From assembly GCA_020184695.1 (NCBI GenBank), contig JAANOX010000042.1, forward strand, positions 330,766-394,765: a stretch of DNA of 64,000 nucleotides, given 5' to 3'. Numbering within the stretch: position 1 is the first letter of the stretch; every line of letters starts with the position of its first letter. This DNA comes from Histomonas meleagridis 2922-C6/04-290x (taxonomy: Eukaryota > Protista > Parabasalia). The notes under the pieces are model-generated. The model was not told the DNA's origin. It ran no database searches and saw only the letters and a list, made by a program, of their open reading frames with translations. Positions 46,001 through 55,493 of the stretch are shown here, piece by piece. The position numbers and the translations under genes were made by a program.

Positions 46001-46381
46001 AGCTATTGGTATATTTGAAACTGACTTAACACTTTTTGGTGTAATATAATCATAATCAACATATACATTAGCTGCATAAGTTAATGCTGATAATCTACAT
46101 GCTTGTGGTGTTAATTTTCTTTGTGTATTTGGATAATAAGGTTTATCTACATATATACTTTTATATTGAATCACAATTCTTGGGGTTTCTGAAATGACAA
46201 CTGTTCTGTTAGCTTTCATAATCCTTGTTAATCCAAAGTCTATGAAATCATTAAATGAATTTAATTGTAACTTGGTTAAACCAGTTGTCTTTAAAATAAG
46301 TGGAAGGAGATTCCATTTACTATCAGGAGGGATTGTTGTTACATCATCCGCCCTTGGTTTTTCATGGTCCATCCCAAGCAT
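43037..46381 (-). CDS. POLR3B: RNA polymerase III second-largest subunit (RPC2)
   Basis: KWNLLPLILK, CPSDTPEGAQCGLVKN, GDKFSSRHGQKG, GEMERDCLIGYGA and MPYACKLLFQELMSM, with a Pol III-type short Zn module. Confidence 0.92.
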   Translation of the reverse strand: MLGMDHEKPRADDVTTIPPDSKWNLLPLILKTTGLTKLQLNSFNDFIDFGLTRIMKANRTVVISETPRIVIQYKSIYVDKPYYPNTQRKLTPQACRLSALTYAANVYVDYDYITPKSVKSVSNIPIAKLPIMLRSNRCHLYNATNEEFASMDECPYDPGCYFIIRGTERVVLVQEQAPYNRILVERTGNDFQAVCNSSTDTHKTRIELLWKKGSLTLHHNMLHEDLPVFIVFRALGVVSDQEIMQIIDPTGNITDLLMNSLQESIRLEINTQDQALAFIDKRLRNQQITGIFATKEERALPNYKAREFLRTMFAAHIQSTLTEFHKKAIFFGLMVRWLLLATKDKTICDSRDFFGNKRLELAGELVDLLFEDLFKVFNLNIQKSMKKYMSRSKAPDITTVNTFMRQKLITDGLNAAISSGNWNITRFKMMRAGVSQPLARLSYLNFMSMITRISSHFEKTQKVSGARSLYPSQFGFICPSDTPEGAQCGLVKNFSLTAHVTVFSDPMSVKRTLFNIGVEDINLFTGEEISSNYIVLLNGEPIGITSEPETICKRFRNARRHHWFDRFTAIWISPPKKAIFISTEAGRVCRPLIIVENRKSKLTKEMINLIHDNKLSFETLLDKGIIEYIDVNEQHDTLIAFEEQQLETDDFTHMEIDNAQILGICAGVIPCPHHNQSPRNTYQCAMGKQAVGPSALNIFNRTDKSSYFLCYPQQPMVQTRTIRLSKYNEMPCGQSAMVAIMSYSGHDIEDALVMNKASLDRGFGRRYYLSKIDIILKHYDDDRYDRIATLQEDPSIDRKKPDLCLLDDDGLVKAGVEIEEGQVYANKYVPSTVKYKESRQRYNQPYPVMIHNVIQASTEYGPIYTIKTRDFRRPEYGDKFSSRHGQKGTIGLIVEQEDMPYTETGIYPDIIMNPHGFPSRMTVGKMIELISGKVGLFKGKFGNGTAFSSDRVQDIFDDLAEAGYSYSGKELLMSGITGEPIEAYIFFGPVFYQSLKHMVKDKIQARATGRTTMLTRQPTQGRSKKGGMRLGEMERDCLIGYGAASIIYERMLLSSDVYEASVCEHCGLIGYDGFCQECKTKKYMKTVRMPYACKLLFQELMSMGIAPRIKLSDL

Positions 46382-46514
46382 TTTTTCTGTTGGCTTTAAT
46401 TTGGGGTGCCCTAAAAATCAAAACAAACTTTAACAAAATGAAGTCTTTGCTTTTTTACTAAAAAAGCTTTTTTTTTGATATGTGTGAATGAAAACCCATT
46501 CGATATACATTAAT

Positions 46515-47336
46515 TTATTTACGTCTCTTGTCACGATACTTATCATCGTCACGACGACGTCGATCTCCACCTCTATCACGATCACGATCCCTATCCCTAT
46601 CACGGTCACGATCCCAATCACGATCTCGATCACGATCTCTATCACGGTCACGATCTCTGTCGCGATCATAATAGTCTGAGCGACGGCTTCTTCTTGAACT
46701 TCTTGGATCATAATCATAATCATAGTCAGAATCATAATCATAATCATATCTATCATCTCTTCGTCTTCGATAATCACTGTCTCGTTTTCTATCATGTAGT
46801 TTTTCTTTCTTTCTTCGTTTTTCTTCTTCTGATTTTTTAGATTTAGTAGGTTCTTTAGATGTATCAATTGGTAATAAATTCTTTGGTATTGGGTTTTTAG
46901 GATCTTCATAAAGCATTGGAGCTGGTTTTAGGTTTTTATTAATTATTTGTGTAGGTTTAGCACCTGAAGCAAAAATAACAGAATATTCGTTTTGATCATC
47001 ATCTGAATATTTAAGTTGTTGAAGTCTGGCTACAAGTTCTTTCTTGTTTAAATCACTTTCAAGAGTACATTCAAATGTTCCATCAAAAATTCCATTAGTT
47101 TCTTTTTGAAACATTATTAAATCAACAACATTTGCCACGGTTGATAACCGCTTTCTTATTTCTTCATCAGTAATCCACCAATCAAGTTTTTTAATTCTAA
47201 ATGAATATTTTGGTAAATCATTTTCTACTATTTCTGGCATTTTTTCGATTTTAGGTTCTTCTAGTTGTGCAGCTTCAGGTGCATGACTTTGAATTGGCAT
47301 TGGATCATCACCATAAATGTCTTCGTCGTCACTCAT
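46515..47336 (-). CDS. RRM + RD/RS-rich protein, CPSF6/CFIm68-like
   Basis: The IKKLDWWITDEEI motif matches the CFIm RRM (GNLTWWTTD). Long RD dipeptide tail. Confidence 0.7.
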   Translation of the reverse strand: MSDDEDIYGDDPMPIQSHAPEAAQLEEPKIEKMPEIVENDLPKYSFRIKKLDWWITDEEIRKRLSTVANVVDLIMFQKETNGIFDGTFECTLESDLNKKELVARLQQLKYSDDDQNEYSVIFASGAKPTQIINKNLKPAPMLYEDPKNPIPKNLLPIDTSKEPTKSKKSEEEKRRKKEKLHDRKRDSDYRRRRDDRYDYDYDSDYDYDYDPRSSRRSRRSDYYDRDRDRDRDRDRDRDRDWDRDRDRDRDRDRDRGGDRRRRDDDKYRDKRRK

Positions 47337-47409
47337 TGGATGGTCTTTCTGAAACAGACGTTAAGAATAAACGTTTTCTCTTAATATGACCAATTATCTA
47401 TTATAAAAT

Positions 47410-49560
47410 ATGAAAACTAAAATAGCACAATTTAAAGATGAAAAAAGAAATATGGAAAAAGCAGGTATTTTAGCTAGAGAAATTTCAGATTTTTTAAAAG
47501 AAGATCAAACACTTCTTCAACCTTATCTTGAAGCAATTTTAACTTCAACTTTACCAACATTTGGATCATTGTTTCCAGTTGATATTCGACTTGAATGTTT
47601 TGATTTATGGTTATTTGCACCAGAATATCCAGTTTTAAATGTAATTATTTCTTGTTTAAAAAATAACCAATCAAAATTAATATGTGCTGATTACCTAAAA
47701 AAATGGGCTAAAAAACGACTTTATTCTAGGACAATAGAAATTGCACAAGAACGTCAAGAAGAAGAAATATATAATGAAGTTATTGCTTTAATTTTTTCAA
47801 TTCCAGATAGAGTTGCTTCAGCTTTTGCTGATGTAAAAGATTCACCAATTCCTGAATTACTTCGAACCAACTCATTCTTTGATAGACTTACAACATCAAT
47901 AAAAACTCTTGATTCAACTTTACTTTCCAAATATTCAATTTTACGTTTAACAAAGTATATCTGGAAAGCTTCATTTACAGCACCACAAATTGCAGAAGCA
48001 GCTTTAAAAATATCACCATCTGCATTATCACCATTTATTTTAAGTCTTCTTGAAGACACTCCTAAACAAATGGCTTCATCTGTTTTAGCCGTAATATATC
48101 CATCAATTAAAAGGGTTCAAGATCTTCTTTACCATTTCCTCACTCAAAAAGTTATGAACGATCACGCAGTTAACGTTCTCATAGATTTTTTAGTTGGACA
48201 AGGAAAAACACTTGAAGCACTAGAAAAATGTGGTGAAATTTGGTCCAGACATCGATTAATTACACAAATGTCAACGGCTTTACACAGACAATTATCTATA
48301 GCAATATTACGTTTATTACCTCGAACTACACAAGATCAACTTAAAAGTTGTAATGCCACAAGTTTAATTATGTCTGGTGTATCAGCACATATTAGTATAT
48401 CATCACCAGAAATTCGACGTTATGGGTTAGAAATTGGTGAACGAATTACAGCAATTTTAATTCCAGACCAAGCCGTAAAATTTGATGAGCTTCATCCTAA
48501 AGAAGAAGAAGATTCCAATGAACTTGCACCACGTACCCCATTAGATGCGAAAAGTGATTCAGATTCATCAGATGTTGATATTGATTCACCTTATGTGGAA
48601 CAATTAAGTGACTCAAGTGATGATGATCTAATACCGTATGCGATTGATGATGACGACAAAACAGATGATCAGAAGTTATTACATCCGCGCGAACTCATAG
48701 CACTTTTCCGAACCGATGAAAATGATGTCGACCGTTACAAGAAATTCCAAACAGCCATTTCATCTTCCGCAGATATCATTAAGAAGATGACCCAACAAGA
48801 GCTAACACATTTTGGGTCGGAATTATTAACAATTTTATTAACCGTTGATAATGAATATAATCAAGATGATTTTGATGAGAATCGCCGTAATGCATTAGTT
48901 GCAATGATGACCACATTTCCAGTTCCTGTCTCTAAGATGGTTGTTGGAGAGCTTCAAAAGAAACGTACTCATTCATTAGGCCGAAAAGTTCAATTATTAT
49001 CTGCTATATCATATGCAGCATCAGAAATGTCTGAACTCCCAAAACCTGAAAAACAAACAGTTACACTTATAGAAGCACATACTCGTAGATGGGGCCGCGC
49101 GCGCACCAAAATTACTGCTGTTTCATCATCTAATAAGTTCAGTCCATGTGCGTCAATATACTTCTATGGAATTATTAATAGTTTGGAACTCGATAAGTTA
49201 ATAATAGAAGAAGATGGACTCGAGGCTTCACAAGCACTTACAACACTCGCTGTGATCATCGAAGCAGCGGGCGAATCTGTCCTCGAATTAGAGGCAATGG
49301 CTAAGGATATGTTGCAAATCGTTTTGGTGCTAAGAGGAATCAGACCACCGAATGCAAGAAGAGCATTGCTGTTCGCCGCGTCTTGCGCTGTTAGAGCTTT
49401 AAAGGAATATAGAGGGAACGACGAAATCGGAGAGTTTTTGGTGTCGATGGCTGAGGACGATCCGGATGAAATGTGCAGGGAAATTGCACAGGGAACATGC
49501 GAGTATTTGGCGCAAAGACATGAAGACGATCTACAAAAATTGATTCCGGGTAATAATTGA
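47410..49560 (+). CDS. TELO2: telomere length regulation protein TEL2
   Basis: SGVSAHISISSPEIRRYGL and acidic SSDDDLIPY motifs, followed by the TEL2 C-terminal helical region. Confidence 0.8.
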   Translation: MKTKIAQFKDEKRNMEKAGILAREISDFLKEDQTLLQPYLEAILTSTLPTFGSLFPVDIRLECFDLWLFAPEYPVLNVIISCLKNNQSKLICADYLKKWAKKRLYSRTIEIAQERQEEEIYNEVIALIFSIPDRVASAFADVKDSPIPELLRTNSFFDRLTTSIKTLDSTLLSKYSILRLTKYIWKASFTAPQIAEAALKISPSALSPFILSLLEDTPKQMASSVLAVIYPSIKRVQDLLYHFLTQKVMNDHAVNVLIDFLVGQGKTLEALEKCGEIWSRHRLITQMSTALHRQLSIAILRLLPRTTQDQLKSCNATSLIMSGVSAHISISSPEIRRYGLEIGERITAILIPDQAVKFDELHPKEEEDSNELAPRTPLDAKSDSDSSDVDIDSPYVEQLSDSSDDDLIPYAIDDDDKTDDQKLLHPRELIALFRTDENDVDRYKKFQTAISSSADIIKKMTQQELTHFGSELLTILLTVDNEYNQDDFDENRRNALVAMMTTFPVPVSKMVVGELQKKRTHSLGRKVQLLSAISYAASEMSELPKPEKQTVTLIEAHTRRWGRARTKITAVSSSNKFSPCASIYFYGIINSLELDKLIIEEDGLEASQALTTLAVIIEAAGESVLELEAMAKDMLQIVLVLRGIRPPNARRALLFAASCAVRALKEYRGNDEIGEFLVSMAEDDPDEMCREIAQGTCEYLAQRHEDDLQKLIPGNN

Positions 49561-50196
49561 ATGAATAAAATAAATTTTTGTTTTAATTAATTAAATCAGC
49601 AAAAACACCAATTTTTTGAGAACTATTTCATTGTCAGCTGTTTTTGTAAAAGAAAACATTTTGAAAGTGATGTAAATTCTTAATAAATACATTTATAATA
49701 ACTTAATTCTGTTGAAATAAATTTAGTCATTAATTTAAGTTCCTTCATGAATATAAAAAATCTCATTTTGATTTTAAAGATTCCCTTTGTTTTAAATGAG
49801 ATATATTTATTACTTCCAAAAACTTTTTAAAATTTTGATAATTTATTTATAATTCGAACAATTCTTATTCCAACATCCATGAAGCAATTTTAGGTGAACC
49901 TATTATATATAAGATGAAGTAAAAAATCAAAGCATATTTCAAGAGAAAACTCAAACCAAAGATTACCAATTATGTCATAAAACTTCTGTTTAGTTTTGAT
50001 ATTAAATCACATTGTTGTTTAAATGTTAACATTTTGTACCGAAAAATACTCAAAGTTTGATCTGCAAAAAAAACATATGTTAAAGCTCGTAATTGTGAAC
50101 CATTCTAAATTCGTTTCAAGAAACATGCTCAGTAATGGAAATAAAATTATCAAAAGTTTAAATTGTGAAAATTTACTTGTAAACCATACCACCATC

Positions 50197-50622
50197 TTAG
50201 ACGAAAATAGAACCAAGGTAGCTAATAATTTTAGCTCTTGATGTTTCTACTATTTCTCCGTCCATAACAATTTCGTTTAATGTTGTATAAGTTTCAGCAA
50301 GGTGATAGAGAATATGGAATTCAGTGATATCACCAAAGTAATCACGAAGTGTTTGGAAGAAGAAATCGAAGAATGAAATGATTTCAAGTTCGTTAGCATC
50401 TTCTTCAACTCCAGCAATACAATAAATAGCAAGGTAACGTTTGTAAACTATTTTAATGTCATCATGATGGAAGCAGAAGCATGTTTCTTCATTTCTAGAA
50501 ACACATTGACGAATGATTTCGTTCTCAAGTTTTTGGCGCTCTTCAGTTGGTGGCCTTTCTCCGTAGTATTGTGCAAGTCTTGTTTGGCCAAAGCGGTTCA
50601 CAATCAAGAAGAACTTAATCAT
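50197..50622 (-). CDS. adaptor complex sigma subunit (AP-4 sigma-like)
   Basis: MIKFFLIVNRFGQTRLAQYY, IVYKRYLAIY, NELEI and LNEIVMDGEIVETS. Confidence 0.85.
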   Translation of the reverse strand: MIKFFLIVNRFGQTRLAQYYGERPPTEERQKLENEIIRQCVSRNEETCFCFHHDDIKIVYKRYLAIYCIAGVEEDANELEIISFFDFFFQTLRDYFGDITEFHILYHLAETYTTLNEIVMDGEIVETSRAKIISYLGSIFV

Positions 50623-51029
50623 CGCTTAAAAGTGAAAACCGTCAATGTTGGCTGCCAAAAAATGTCACTTTTTGATCCACTTGAAGTCCATTTTCTTTCT
50701 GATGATGCATCATCATGGTATATTGTTTTAATCGATGGACGGATGGACAACTATGAAGCTTAAGAAAATATATTAAGGAAAAAAGTTTTTCAAGAAATTA
50801 ATTTTTTTTTAAACATGCAAAAAAATTTCCCTATATTGCACTAAAGAACACCAGGAGAAACAAAAAAGACAATTTTTATTCCAGAACATATGTTCTTCTT
50901 AGAAGAAGAGCTTTCATCTTTTAAACATTTGAAAAAGTTTATCGTTTCTCTAAACAAACCGTTCATTAGTTATTGTAAAGCTTTTAATTATTTTCGTTCA
51001 AAAACGCTCGTTTTATTCACATTTTTATA

Positions 51030-52181
51030 ATGTTGCAAAGCACGCTTAAGTTTCGTATTTTCAAATCTGATTTTCCAATATCAGAGCAAACTGTTGCAAA
51101 CTACTTATCCCCATTATTTTCTAACAAGCCAAACCATATATTTCTCGAGAAATCAGAAGCACCACTGAAGAAAGGGGAACCATTACTTGGTGTTTGCTTA
51201 ACAGGTGGTTCTGAAGCACCATTTCTCAAGGTTGCTATGGAAAATCCTCATAGTCCAGCAATTATTCTTACACATAACAAAGCAAATTCCTTTGCTTCAG
51301 GATGTGAGTTATCAGCTAGACTTAACCTTGAGCATAAGAAAGGAAAACGCGCACCCACAATTTTCTGTTCAATCGACGATGCTAAATCTTTGAAATCAAT
51401 TCTTAATGCAGCTTCAGTATCATCCCGTTTTGTTCAAAAACCACCTCGCCTTGGCATTATCGGAGAGCCTTCTCCATGGCTGATCTGTTCTGGGCGCATT
51501 GCAGAACATCTTCCACAAGTTTTCCATATCCAAACCAAGAAAATATCCATGAAAGAGTTTATCAACAAAATACTTGATAGCAAATCAGTTAAAACATCAC
51601 TTTCACAACTAATCAAGAAAAACAATTTGGATGCATTTACGATTCGATGTTTTGACATACTTCCTTATAAGGTCACATCTTGTGTCGAAGTATCTGAATT
51701 CAATGACGAAGGAATTACAGCGACGTGTGAAGGAGATATTTCTTCTGCCGTTACAATGATTATTCTTCAGTCTCTTGCAAGGTCACCAGTTTTCATGGCC
51801 AACGCAACAGGCTTCAACGGCGATCAAATGACGTTTGCACATTGTACAATTCCACGTAAACTTTGTTCCGATTCATCAATTAAAACACATTTCGAAAGTG
51901 GACTTGGAAAAGCAATTTGCGGGAAAGTAAAAGAAGGAAAATGGACAATGGCAAGAATTGGTGCTGATGGACAAGTAATGGCTGAATTGGTCGATGTGAA
52001 AAATCCTGAAAAGGTTTCACCAGATCATTGTAGGACGCAAATTATTGTTGAAATGCCAAGTGAATTAAGAGGTAGGATTAGAAGAGGGGATGTCTTAGGG
52101 AACCACTTTATGTTTGTTCCAGGTGACATCAAAGATGACATTGAATACTTTACACGATTTCATTCTTCTTGGAAAAATTGA
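51030..52181 (+). CDS. L-fucose-isomerase-like (prokaryote-type) protein
   Basis: RLGIIGEPSPWL, CEGDISSAVTM, PVFMAN, FAHCTIP, THFESG and CRTQI motifs resemble prokaryotic fucose-isomerase-like proteins. Confidence 0.7.
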   Translation: MLQSTLKFRIFKSDFPISEQTVANYLSPLFSNKPNHIFLEKSEAPLKKGEPLLGVCLTGGSEAPFLKVAMENPHSPAIILTHNKANSFASGCELSARLNLEHKKGKRAPTIFCSIDDAKSLKSILNAASVSSRFVQKPPRLGIIGEPSPWLICSGRIAEHLPQVFHIQTKKISMKEFINKILDSKSVKTSLSQLIKKNNLDAFTIRCFDILPYKVTSCVEVSEFNDEGITATCEGDISSAVTMIILQSLARSPVFMANATGFNGDQMTFAHCTIPRKLCSDSSIKTHFESGLGKAICGKVKEGKWTMARIGADGQVMAELVDVKNPEKVSPDHCRTQIIVEMPSELRGRIRRGDVLGNHFMFVPGDIKDDIEYFTRFHSSWKN

Positions 52182-52352
52182 ATCTCAACTTATTTCGTAA
52201 AAAATTCATTTTTGTTTCGATCACTCTATAAATTCTCTGATGTTATATCATAATATTCATCAAATCAACACAATTCACTTTATGATAAATTTAAACAAAA
52301 AGATATTTTATATATAAATGAGATTCGAAATGTTTCTAAAATATAAATATTA

Positions 52353-53297
52353 TCATGATGCTTGAGGACTCTGAGATTGGCTTGTTTGCATACTTCCAAA
52401 TGGCGAGCTCGATACAGGTTTTGAAGGATTTGATGCCACTTTAGGCTGAACAACACCTACTGGTGGAGTTGTGCCTACTAGTGGAGTTGTACCTACTGAT
52501 GGAGTTGTGCCTATTGATGGAGTTGTACCTATTGATGGAGTTGTACCTACTAGTGGAGTTGTACCTATTGATGGAGTTGTACCTATTGATGGAGTTGTAC
52601 CTACTAGTGGAGTTGTACCAAATAAAGGTGTTGTAGACGATGCACCGAAATTGTTATTTTGTGGTCCAAACGAACCGAATGGATTTGTAGATTTAGGTGA
52701 TTCGGTTGGTTCGTCTTGAACAATTTCGATTTTTGGTGGTGTAGCCTTTCTTACAAATGATGCAGCATTTGTTGAAACATATTTAAAGGACGTAGATTTT
52801 AAAGGAACATTGAATTTTGTTTGGGATCTATTACTATGATTTTGTTTTGGAGTTTCTGGTATTTTTCGAAGAGTTAGATTCATGAGATTTTTGTTATTCT
52901 TTTTGCTTGTTATACTTTTGTCATAGGCAACTTTCCAGCCTGGAGTAGTACAGTGGTCTTCATTTAGTTCGCGAAGAGCTGACATAAATTCACCATCGGG
53001 TGTTGGTGAATAGCTTCTAAATTGAAGTGGAGTCATTTTGATTTCTTTTTTCATGTTTGCTTGAGCTTGAGTTGGTTGTGTAGATGTATCTTTACTTTTT
53101 TCTTTCGATATAAAAATCATGCTTTCGCCTACCCATTTTTTAATATCAGCCGCTGCCTGTGTTTCTCCAAGACATGTGTAAAGCATTAAAACTAAGATGA
53201 AACATAGGAGAATTATAAAGAATCCGAAGTAAAACATGATTATTCTTATACCTGCAAAAATCCACAACCAACCAAAAAACCGTTTAAGTATAATCAT
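52353..53297 (-). CDS. hypothetical protein with hydrophobic N-terminus and TTPxxG repeats
   Basis: 314-aa ORF with an N-terminal TM-like segment and a Thr/Pro-rich C-terminus. Confidence 0.7.
   Translation of the reverse strand: MIILKRFFGWLWIFAGIRIIMFYFGFFIILLCFILVLMLYTCLGETQAAADIKKWVGESMIFISKEKSKDTSTQPTQAQANMKKEIKMTPLQFRSYSPTPDGEFMSALRELNEDHCTTPGWKVAYDKSITSKKNNKNLMNLTLRKIPETPKQNHSNRSQTKFNVPLKSTSFKYVSTNAASFVRKATPPKIEIVQDEPTESPKSTNPFGSFGPQNNNFGASSTTPLFGTTPLVGTTPSIGTTPSIGTTPLVGTTPSIGTTPSIGTTPSVGTTPLVGTTPPVGVVQPKVASNPSKPVSSSPFGSMQTSQSQSPQAS
52455..52634 (-). repeat. ten 18-bp coding repeats (TTP[LSP][FVI]G)
   Basis: 180 bp = 10 x 18, in frame. Confidence 0.9.
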
Positions 53298-53616
53298 AAT
53301 GTAAAAAAAAAAAAAACAAATGAAGAACTATTAAAAACACAATTTATAGTTATCAGCAATGACCTGTCTACAGCTATTGTAGATTTGTGAATTTAATTTA
53401 TGTGATATATATTTGCAATTTAAACATTTATCCTTTTTTCAGATATTGTGTGGCATAAATTCCATTTTAACCTCATCTCTATTCAAGTTGCAACAGGAAA
53501 TCAAAATTTAAATCAATTAAATAACCATTTACTTCTAAAGGAATATTTAGCCGATAGATTATTCTATTAAACGATACATATTTTTCAGAACATAAACCGG
53601 TTTATCACATTGAATT

Positions 53617-55404
53617 TCAAACCGATATCAAATCCCTTAACAAATCAGGCGTGTATTTAAACATTGATCCAGGGGAGTTATAGCCATTGTTTGGGTCCAT
53701 TACAACTCCAAACAATTTATCATAAACTTTTACCAAATGTTCCACCACTTCTTTTCTGGCTTTCTGTTTTAGCTCAATGTTTTGTATTGTGTCACACAAA
53801 GGAGTAATTATTGGACCTGTTGCAACCAAAGAATTTTCGAATCTTTTTATTGCCGATTGCATCGATTCAGGTTCCAATCCTCTCACAGTTGATAAAGGCT
53901 GATCACTTTTATTCTCAATGATCAACAATGTTTCCGTTATTCGACTTCTTTTTAGGATGTCATTTACCTCAATTAAAATTATTTTATGTAATAACTCATT
54001 ACACTCATTTCCCACAGATGTTTCACATTGGAGTTTCGCATCTTTGCAGATAACTAAAAGCTCATAAAGTGAACTTGCTTGAAATGCAATCGAATCTTTG
54101 ATCGTTAAAATTGCATGAAGAAGCTTCTCTGCATAGGAATCGATCAATACACTTACATCAAATGATGTAGAGAGCGATGATTGCTTGTGTAGCGAAGTGA
54201 TCTCTGAAATTGTTCGAAGCGCAATCTTGATTGAGCCTTGTGTGGGTTTGCCATTGGTAGAAATGTCATTCATAGAATCATTAATACTTTGTTTGAAGCG
54301 TTCTGTTGCTGTTTGTTTTAATGTATCAATACATTTGTAGATTGTACTTGTGAGTCCGCACATATCACCAAATATATTGGAGAAAAATGAACATAAATTC
54401 GCAACCTGATGAAGATCTGATGGTTTCATCAAAGTTTTGGTAACTTGACTAACTCTAATTTCGAGTGGTCGAACAGATGCATCGAAAACAGTAGCTAAAG
54501 CATTCTTCATTACTTTTGAAGACGGCTCTTCTTTTAATAGATTGGAAAGAAATGATGCTTCCGTTGCAGAAGTTTGATGCATCCACGCAAATAAATCACT
54601 GACAAATTGTAATGGCTCAAGTGAAGCTGAGGCTTCAATTGGCTTTGTATCGGAATCGCCAGTCGTAAGAGCTTTGAGAAATGCACGACCAACAACAGAG
54701 CCGCGAACTTTGGAAATCTCTTCAACAACAAAACCGTAAAGAAAAGGTTTTTGCTTAATTGCTTGAAGACATTTTCCATAAGAAGCATTTAACATCGGAT
54801 GGACTGAGTCAAAGAGATGGGAATTCATATGAAGCCATGTGTGCATTCGCTGGAATGCATTTTCTTTGATTTTATTGAGAGAATCTGAGATTTCTTGAAA
54901 ACATATTGAATCATGAGATTTAAGTGCTTCAGTGGTACGCAATTGTGCTGCTTCAAGACGTGAAAAGGACTCAAAAAATTGGTCGTTAATATCTCCAGAA
55001 TTTAAAATTTGAAGATCAGAGTTTTGAAGATAATATTTGTCAATAAAATTGTGGATGCTATTTAATTGTTGACGTTGGTTTTCTTGTTGAGAGTGAAGAG
55101 AAGCAGTTTTATCCAAAACTTCTTCAACACCTTTATCACCAATTGATAATTTTTCCAGCATCGAATCAATAGAATGATCAAGAGAATCAATTTTAGCAAG
55201 CATATTATTTATAGTATTCGGAAGGACTGAAAAAGATTGAATGAATTTGTTGATTGTTTGAATTTCTCTTTCTTCAAGAGATGATCGAATATCTTTAGAA
55301 TCAAATGTTTCACCAAGAGAACTTAGAGCATTTATAATTTCTGTAGGCGGGTTATTTGCGAGCGCATTTATTTGGTTAATTTTTCTTTGGATTGTTGTTC
55401 TCAT
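53617..55404 (-). CDS. COG6: conserved oligomeric Golgi complex subunit 6
   Basis: DIRSSLE N-terminus, RGSVVGRAFLKALTTG, and LQFVSDLFAWMHQTSATEASFL. Confidence 0.85.
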   Translation of the reverse strand: MRTTIQRKINQINALANNPPTEIINALSSLGETFDSKDIRSSLEEREIQTINKFIQSFSVLPNTINNMLAKIDSLDHSIDSMLEKLSIGDKGVEEVLDKTASLHSQQENQRQQLNSIHNFIDKYYLQNSDLQILNSGDINDQFFESFSRLEAAQLRTTEALKSHDSICFQEISDSLNKIKENAFQRMHTWLHMNSHLFDSVHPMLNASYGKCLQAIKQKPFLYGFVVEEISKVRGSVVGRAFLKALTTGDSDTKPIEASASLEPLQFVSDLFAWMHQTSATEASFLSNLLKEEPSSKVMKNALATVFDASVRPLEIRVSQVTKTLMKPSDLHQVANLCSFFSNIFGDMCGLTSTIYKCIDTLKQTATERFKQSINDSMNDISTNGKPTQGSIKIALRTISEITSLHKQSSLSTSFDVSVLIDSYAEKLLHAILTIKDSIAFQASSLYELLVICKDAKLQCETSVGNECNELLHKIILIEVNDILKRSRITETLLIIENKSDQPLSTVRGLEPESMQSAIKRFENSLVATGPIITPLCDTIQNIELKQKARKEVVEHLVKVYDKLFGVVMDPNNGYNSPGSMFKYTPDLLRDLISV

Positions 55405-55493
55405 CTGAGCCCATTAAACGGTCAACATGAATATCAAAACAAAAAAAATGTTAAATACAATCTTTTATTCAAAAAATATCTATACTTTTATAT

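Noticed and set aside
50883-50907. Overlapping palindromes AGAACATATGTTCT and TTCTTCT-T-AGAAGAA
   Set aside because: Low-complexity and isolated.
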